From NCBI GenBank assembly GCA_038045885.1, contig JBBSXG010000030.1:1-43941 (forward strand): a DNA stretch of 43,941 nucleotides, written 5' to 3'. The position numbers and the translations under genes are program-made. Below the pieces are notes generated by a model. That model saw nothing but the letters and a program-made list of their open reading frames with translations, was not told the origin of the DNA and did not search any database. Below are positions 39,379-43,941 of this stretch, piece by piece (position 1 is the first letter of the stretch; each line of letters starts with the position of its first letter). Source of the DNA: Nanobdellota archaeon. Lineage in GTDB: Archaea; Nanobdellota; Nanobdellia; SCGC-AAA011-G17; GW2011-AR20.

Positions 39379-41348
39379 TGAGATTTTTAATTATATTATT
39401 TTTATTAATCATTGTAAGCGTAAATGCAGAAGATTTTAATGCCTACAAAGAACTCGACCTTAGAACAGAATTATCTTCTTCATTAAGCATAGAAAATCAA
39501 GGCGGGAGCGTAAGATATGTCTATGCCAATTTAACTTTTTTCCCTTTAGAAAGTGATTTTCAGGAATTTAACTACAAAATCTTTTCGTCTCCAAAAGCAT
39601 CACAAATTATTTCTAAAGATAATATTTATTTCAAATGGGATTACCCTAATGAAGATAGATTAGAATTTAATGTCGATGCGGAAGGGACAACAAAAGTTAA
39701 TTTTCAGCATCTTAAAAATAAGATAGATTTTCCAATAAAGGATAATTTAGTTTACTTAAATAAATACTTGGTTGCTACTGAAACAGTTAATTCAAACGAC
39801 CCCAATATAATTGCAAAAGCAAATGAATTAGCACAGGGAGAAGACGATTTATTTGAATTAGTGCATAAGATAGGAACGTGGAACAAACAAAATATAAATT
39901 ATAGCCTAGAAACTCTAACAGCAGAAGTTTCTCAAAACGCATCTTGGGTTTTAGAAAATAGGATAGGGGTTTGTGATGAATTAACATCATTGTTTGTCTC
40001 GATGTTACGTTCTTTGAATATCCCTGCAAGATTTGTAACAGGACAAAGCTATACTAATTTGCTAAATGATTTTGGTAATCATGCATGGGCAGAAGTATAT
40101 TTTCCTGGATATGGCTGGATTCCGTTCGATCCTACTTACGGACAATTTGGATATGTTGATGCAACACATATAAGAATGAAAGTTGGAGCAGATATAAAAG
40201 AATCTGATATAAACTATGGATGGTTATCAAGCAACGCAAATGTTGTGTCATTGGGTTTAGATATAAAAAGTATGGTATTAAACACAGGAGAGTTTTACAA
40301 AGAAGATGTCGAGTTAGGAGTAGATATTCTAAAAAATGATGTTGGCCCTGGTTCACATGTCCCGATTAAAGTTACTGCTAAAAACTTGAATAGCTATTAT
40401 CTTCCATTAACAGTTTATTTGTATAAAGCCCCGATAAAAGTGCAGGATAATATTCACGAGTTATTATTAAAGCCGAATAAAGGAGAATCAACCTTTTTCA
40501 TTGTAAAAATCCCCGATGAACTAAAAAAAGGATTTATTTATAGCTCTGAAGTGGCATTTAAAGATACTTTCCTAAATGAGGTTGCGGAAACATTAAGATT
40601 TAACTATGATGAAGAAACGTTTTCTTTTGAAGAAGCTCAAGAATTAATAAGTCAATTAACAAATGAGGAAGAAAAAATTTACTCTCAAAACATAAATTTA
40701 AATTGTGATTTAGATAAAGATTTTTATTATGATTATGAGTCTGGAAAGATAACATGTTCTATTATGAATAAAGGAAATTTTGATTTAAATGATTTAGAGA
40801 TATGTTATAACCCACAATGCAAGTTTATTGACTTAAGAATAATAGAGACAAAACTAGTTGATTTCAGGTTTACCCCTGAAGATGATCAATTTTTAGTAAC
40901 ATTAAACAATAATGAGGTAAGTAAATTTTTCATAGTTAATCCTCAAATATATGACTCTCCTAATTTAGAACTGGAAATTCTTGGACATGATAGTATAACA
41001 AGCTATTTTGAAGATACAGATATAAGGATAAAGTTAAGTGTTAATTCCCCAGTTAATAATGTAGAGATAAAATTAAATAACAGAAAAATATACGAATTAA
41101 AATCATTTGATGGTGAGAAAATATTTGATATAACCTTAAGAGGATATAATTTAGATAGCAAAAATATACTAAGCATTTCTTATGAAGATAAGAATAACAA
41201 TAGTTACGTAAGCGAGGAAGAATTTAATATGACAATAAGAAAACCATTCTATATTAGAGATTTCTGGATAATTTTAATAATATTAATCTTAATAGTTAGT
41301 ACGATTTCGAGAAGAAAGCAACACCTTTTGCCTTACTCCCGCAATTAA
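39378..41348 (+). CDS. Membrane-anchored extracellular transglutaminase-like cysteine protease-fold protein
   Basis: Signal peptide. Catalytic-triad context GVCDELTSLFVSMLRSLNIPARFVTG ... GNHAWAEVYFPGYGWIPFDPT. C-terminal TM segment FWIILIILILIV. Confidence 0.8.
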   Translation: MRFLIILFLLIIVSVNAEDFNAYKELDLRTELSSSLSIENQGGSVRYVYANLTFFPLESDFQEFNYKIFSSPKASQIISKDNIYFKWDYPNEDRLEFNVDAEGTTKVNFQHLKNKIDFPIKDNLVYLNKYLVATETVNSNDPNIIAKANELAQGEDDLFELVHKIGTWNKQNINYSLETLTAEVSQNASWVLENRIGVCDELTSLFVSMLRSLNIPARFVTGQSYTNLLNDFGNHAWAEVYFPGYGWIPFDPTYGQFGYVDATHIRMKVGADIKESDINYGWLSSNANVVSLGLDIKSMVLNTGEFYKEDVELGVDILKNDVGPGSHVPIKVTAKNLNSYYLPLTVYLYKAPIKVQDNIHELLLKPNKGESTFFIVKIPDELKKGFIYSSEVAFKDTFLNEVAETLRFNYDEETFSFEEAQELISQLTNEEEKIYSQNINLNCDLDKDFYYDYESGKITCSIMNKGNFDLNDLEICYNPQCKFIDLRIIETKLVDFRFTPEDDQFLVTLNNNEVSKFFIVNPQIYDSPNLELEILGHDSITSYFEDTDIRIKLSVNSPVNNVEIKLNNRKIYELKSFDGEKIFDITLRGYNLDSKNILSISYEDKNNNSYVSEEEFNMTIRKPFYIRDFWIILIILILIVSTISRRKQHLLPYSRN

Positions 41349-41386
41349 AAGAAAACATTTAAATATTTTTAGATTGTAGCATTTCT

Positions 41387-42472
41387 ATGGAGAATTTAAA
41401 CATCCAACAAAAACTATTAAAAACATTTAGAAAAGGTCATCAAATTAAAGATATTAAAAATTACTATAAGGTTGTTAAACTAAATAAAAAGGGTTTAAGT
41501 AGAAAAGAAATTAAAAGCAGAGTTAATGTAAGTTTAGATAAGATATATAGGTGGCGACTTACTAAATCAAAGCCTCTTTTCGCACAAATAATAGATGATT
41601 TTGATAACAGATACAACAAACGTTATAACAACAAAGAGCTTAATGATATCGCATATTTAATAGGATATAATCTTGGTGATGGAAATATATCTAAGAATTT
41701 TTGTAACACTTGGTTTTATGGTGTTTATGAAGATTTATTCAAAATAAGAAAAACCTTGTTAAAATTTAAAGTATGTCCGGTAGTTTATAGATATAAAGTA
41801 AATAATGGTAAGATGGCCGTACATGATAGGATATTTTCAAGATTTTTATATGTTTTTGGTGCAGTTCGGGGTGACAAGACAAAAAATAAGGTAATAATCC
41901 CAAGATGGATTCTAAATTCAAACATGGAGGTAAAAAGAAGATTCTTACAGGGTTTATTTGATAGTGAATTAAATAAATTAACATTAGTTAAAAGACGCAA
42001 TTCATATCAAAATTTGAAGTTTGATAACTCTAAGACTATAGATAAGACAAAAGAGGGGGTATTCTTTCTTAAGCAAATCAAAGATTTATTAAATAATTTT
42101 GGTATAAAAACAAGTAAAGTTTATTTAGGAAGAAAGTATAAAAGAACCAGGGATAATTCAAATATGCAACAATTATATTTTGTTATCTATCCAAATTATA
42201 TCAACCTATACAATTTTATCACAAAAATTGATTTTTTATATAATTCAAAGAGAAAAGATTCTTCTAAGATGGCGCTGAAAAAATTAAAGTTATTATCGAT
42301 GAAAGAAAAAAAGAAAATTAAAGACTATAAAAAAGTTATAAAACTAAGAACAAGCGGTTTGTCACCTTATAAAATAGCGAAAAAACTGAACTTAAAAGAC
42401 CATACTGTAAAACAATGGACATATTATAAAAATAAACCTAGATTATATAAACAGTATTCTAATAACTTTTAG
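41387..42472 (+). mobile_element. Free-standing double-motif LAGLIDADG homing-endonuclease-like protein flanked by N- and C-terminal HTH modules
   Basis: Motif 1 AYLIGYNLGDGNIS (aa 89-102). Motif 2 RRFLQGLFDSELN (aa 184-196). HTH-like KKGLSRKEIKSRVNVSLDKIYRW and RTSGLSPYKIAKKLNLKDHTVKQW. Confidence 0.7.
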
Positions 42473-43922
42473 CAACGTAAACAATATTTTTAGCTGTTTT
42501 TCCACATATAATACATTTCATGTCTTTGCTAACTTTATCTTCTTTAGGATATAATGTTCCAGAAACATTTGCAGTAGTTTCTTTTTTTAACTTATCAGCA
42601 CATTTTTCACCATCCAAATCCATCGAACAGAATGGAACTTGTATAAAACCACGATGATTTTCAAGCATCTTTTTTAATTCGGAATAAGAATCAGTCTTTT
42701 TTGTATTTTGCCTAAAGTAGGAAACAGCTCTTCTTTCAATTTCCTTATCAAGTAACTTAGAATTTTCTTCAATTTTTTTGATTAAATCTTTTAAACCAAG
42801 TGAGATTTTATTTTTTGGATTTGTTCTTAAAGACAAAGTAACCTTATTTTCCTTAACTTCTCTTGGCCCTATTTCAATTCTAATGGGAACTCCTCTCAAC
42901 TCCCAATAATTATACTTGTATCCAGGAGAATATTCACGATCATCAAATTTAACCCTATAGTTCTTTAATTTAACTTCAACCTCCTTGCATTTTTTAATGA
43001 TATCTTTATCATTTTTATCTGAAAAAAATACAGGAACGATTACGATTTGTACTTGCGAGATATCCCAAGGTAAAATTAATCCATTATCATCCCCATGAAT
43101 CCCTATTATTGCAGCGGTTATTCTATGTATCCCTGGTCCAAAACAAGTCTGCCAAACATAATCTTGTTTTTCATCTTTATTCGAAACTTTTATATCAAAT
43201 GCTTTTGAAAAGTTTTGCCCTAAATCATGAGTAGATCCTAATTGCGTTTTCTTACCATCAGGCATTAAGGTTTCCGGAGCAAAAGTATCATCAGCGCCTT
43301 TAAACTTATCCCATTGAGGACGTTTGAAAAATAAAAACGGGATTTTACATTTATCATGAATTACTTTGCTGCATGTTTCTAAATCTTTCTCAACTTGATT
43401 TAATGACTCTTGATGAGTATTAAACACATCATGAGATTCGAAAAAAGCGAACTCTCTACCTCTTAAAAAAGGTCTTGTTGTCATCTCATTTCTGTAAACA
43501 GAAATTCTAGATTGATATCCCTTAAAGGGCAAATCTTTATAACTGCTAAACCATAAATGATATAAAGGGTATATTTGAGCTTCACCTGTTGGTCTTAAAG
43601 CAAATCTTTCTTCAATTTTTTTATCTCCAGCTTCGCTTATCCAAAACACCTCTGGAGTAAATCCAGCGTGTTCTTTCTCTTTTTTGAGATTTTCTTCCTT
43701 AACCACACTTGGGAATAAAAATGCTAGGTGCCCATCATCTTCTAATTCTTTTTCTAAGTATTCATAAATTTTTCTTACTATAAAAAATCCTAAAGGTCTG
43801 TGGACTATAAACCCCTGTACGCCAAATCTAATATCTGCTAATTCTGCCTTTTGTATGACTTGAGAATACCATTCAGAGAAATCTTTATCTTTCTTTACAG
43901 TTATTCCTTCCTGCGATTTCAT
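42459..43922 (-). CDS. proS: Prolyl-tRNA synthetase, archaeal/eukaryotic type
   Basis: F.EWY..V...AEL.D, class II motifs (FRNE-like YRNEMTTRPFLRGREF), and a C-terminal Zn-binding domain ending ...CIICGKTAKNIVYVAKSY. Confidence 0.92.
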   Translation of the reverse strand: MKSQEGITVKKDKDFSEWYSQVIQKAELADIRFGVQGFIVHRPLGFFIVRKIYEYLEKELEDDGHLAFLFPSVVKEENLKKEKEHAGFTPEVFWISEAGDKKIEERFALRPTGEAQIYPLYHLWFSSYKDLPFKGYQSRISVYRNEMTTRPFLRGREFAFFESHDVFNTHQESLNQVEKDLETCSKVIHDKCKIPFLFFKRPQWDKFKGADDTFAPETLMPDGKKTQLGSTHDLGQNFSKAFDIKVSNKDEKQDYVWQTCFGPGIHRITAAIIGIHGDDNGLILPWDISQVQIVIVPVFFSDKNDKDIIKKCKEVEVKLKNYRVKFDDREYSPGYKYNYWELRGVPIRIEIGPREVKENKVTLSLRTNPKNKISLGLKDLIKKIEENSKLLDKEIERRAVSYFRQNTKKTDSYSELKKMLENHRGFIQVPFCSMDLDGEKCADKLKKETTANVSGTLYPKEDKVSKDMKCIICGKTAKNIVYVAKSY

Positions 43923-43941
43923 GAATAATCTAAAAGTTAAT

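Noticed and set aside
1-43941. CRISPR arrays, rRNA genes, IS elements, transposases, integrases, and reverse transcriptase (DGR-type) genes
   Set aside because: I scanned for regularly spaced repeats, long GC-rich non-coding islands and the corresponding protein motifs (DDE, tyrosine recombinase R..H..R..Y, YxDD). I found none. The only GC-rich non-coding islands are the three tRNAs and the ftsZ 3' hairpins.
1-43941. Possibility that the contig is bacterial (CPR), because of the bacterial-type LeuRS, AlaRS, RSH and a barrel-like protein
   Set aside because: Archaeal-specific genes are spread across the whole window: gatD, trm56, P0/P1, nreA, tfe, rpl15e and archaeal proS. Intron-containing tRNAs and TATA-at-minus-26 promoter geometry are also present throughout. 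The bacterial-type genes are embedded among these, with overlapping or shared signals.

Overview
This is an AT-rich, very gene-dense window that reads as a small-genome, DPANN-like archaeon. Archaeal-only markers include ribosomal L15e, stalk proteins P0/P1, uL1, TFE-alpha, aTrm56, GatD, NreA, archaeal-type ProRS and CMP kinase, and intron-containing tRNAs. TATA boxes sit about 26 nt upstream of many start codons, which suggests mostly leaderless mRNAs. Several bacterial-type genes are mixed in: a long RelA/SpoT homologue, a bacterial-type LeuRS and a short bacterial-type AlaRS. I count about 55 plausible protein genes and 3 tRNAs: Ser-CGA and Arg-TCT with 12-nt introns, and Cys-GCA. I saw no rRNA, CRISPR array, transposase or integrase. 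The main leads are these. (1) A ~4-kb translationally coupled minus-strand operon (3649-7670) encodes, in order, an E1-like enzyme, a HAD hydrolase, an ASCH protein, a THUMP-less ThiI, an orphan protein, a ubiquitin-like protein ending in GG, and an NcsA/TtuA-type thiolase. A sequence remnant shows that a SAM methyltransferase used to be its eighth gene. (2) Two tiny toxin-antitoxin-like cassettes (3118-3587 and about 31754-32473) are each bracketed by long imperfect direct repeats that duplicate host 5'-gene or promoter sequence. Neither has a recombinase gene. (3) A complete long RSH (ppGpp synthetase/hydrolase) sits in an archaeal backbone and shares one quasi-palindromic TATA with the sulfur-relay operon. 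(4) A secreted protein has a C-terminal half that looks like an amphipathic beta-barrel. (5) A free-standing LAGLIDADG protein is flanked by two HTH domains. (6) A 3'-truncated gatD abuts another truncated gene at the left edge of the window. All functional calls come from motif recognition by eye. No database search or computation was run, so family assignments and start codons are provisional.
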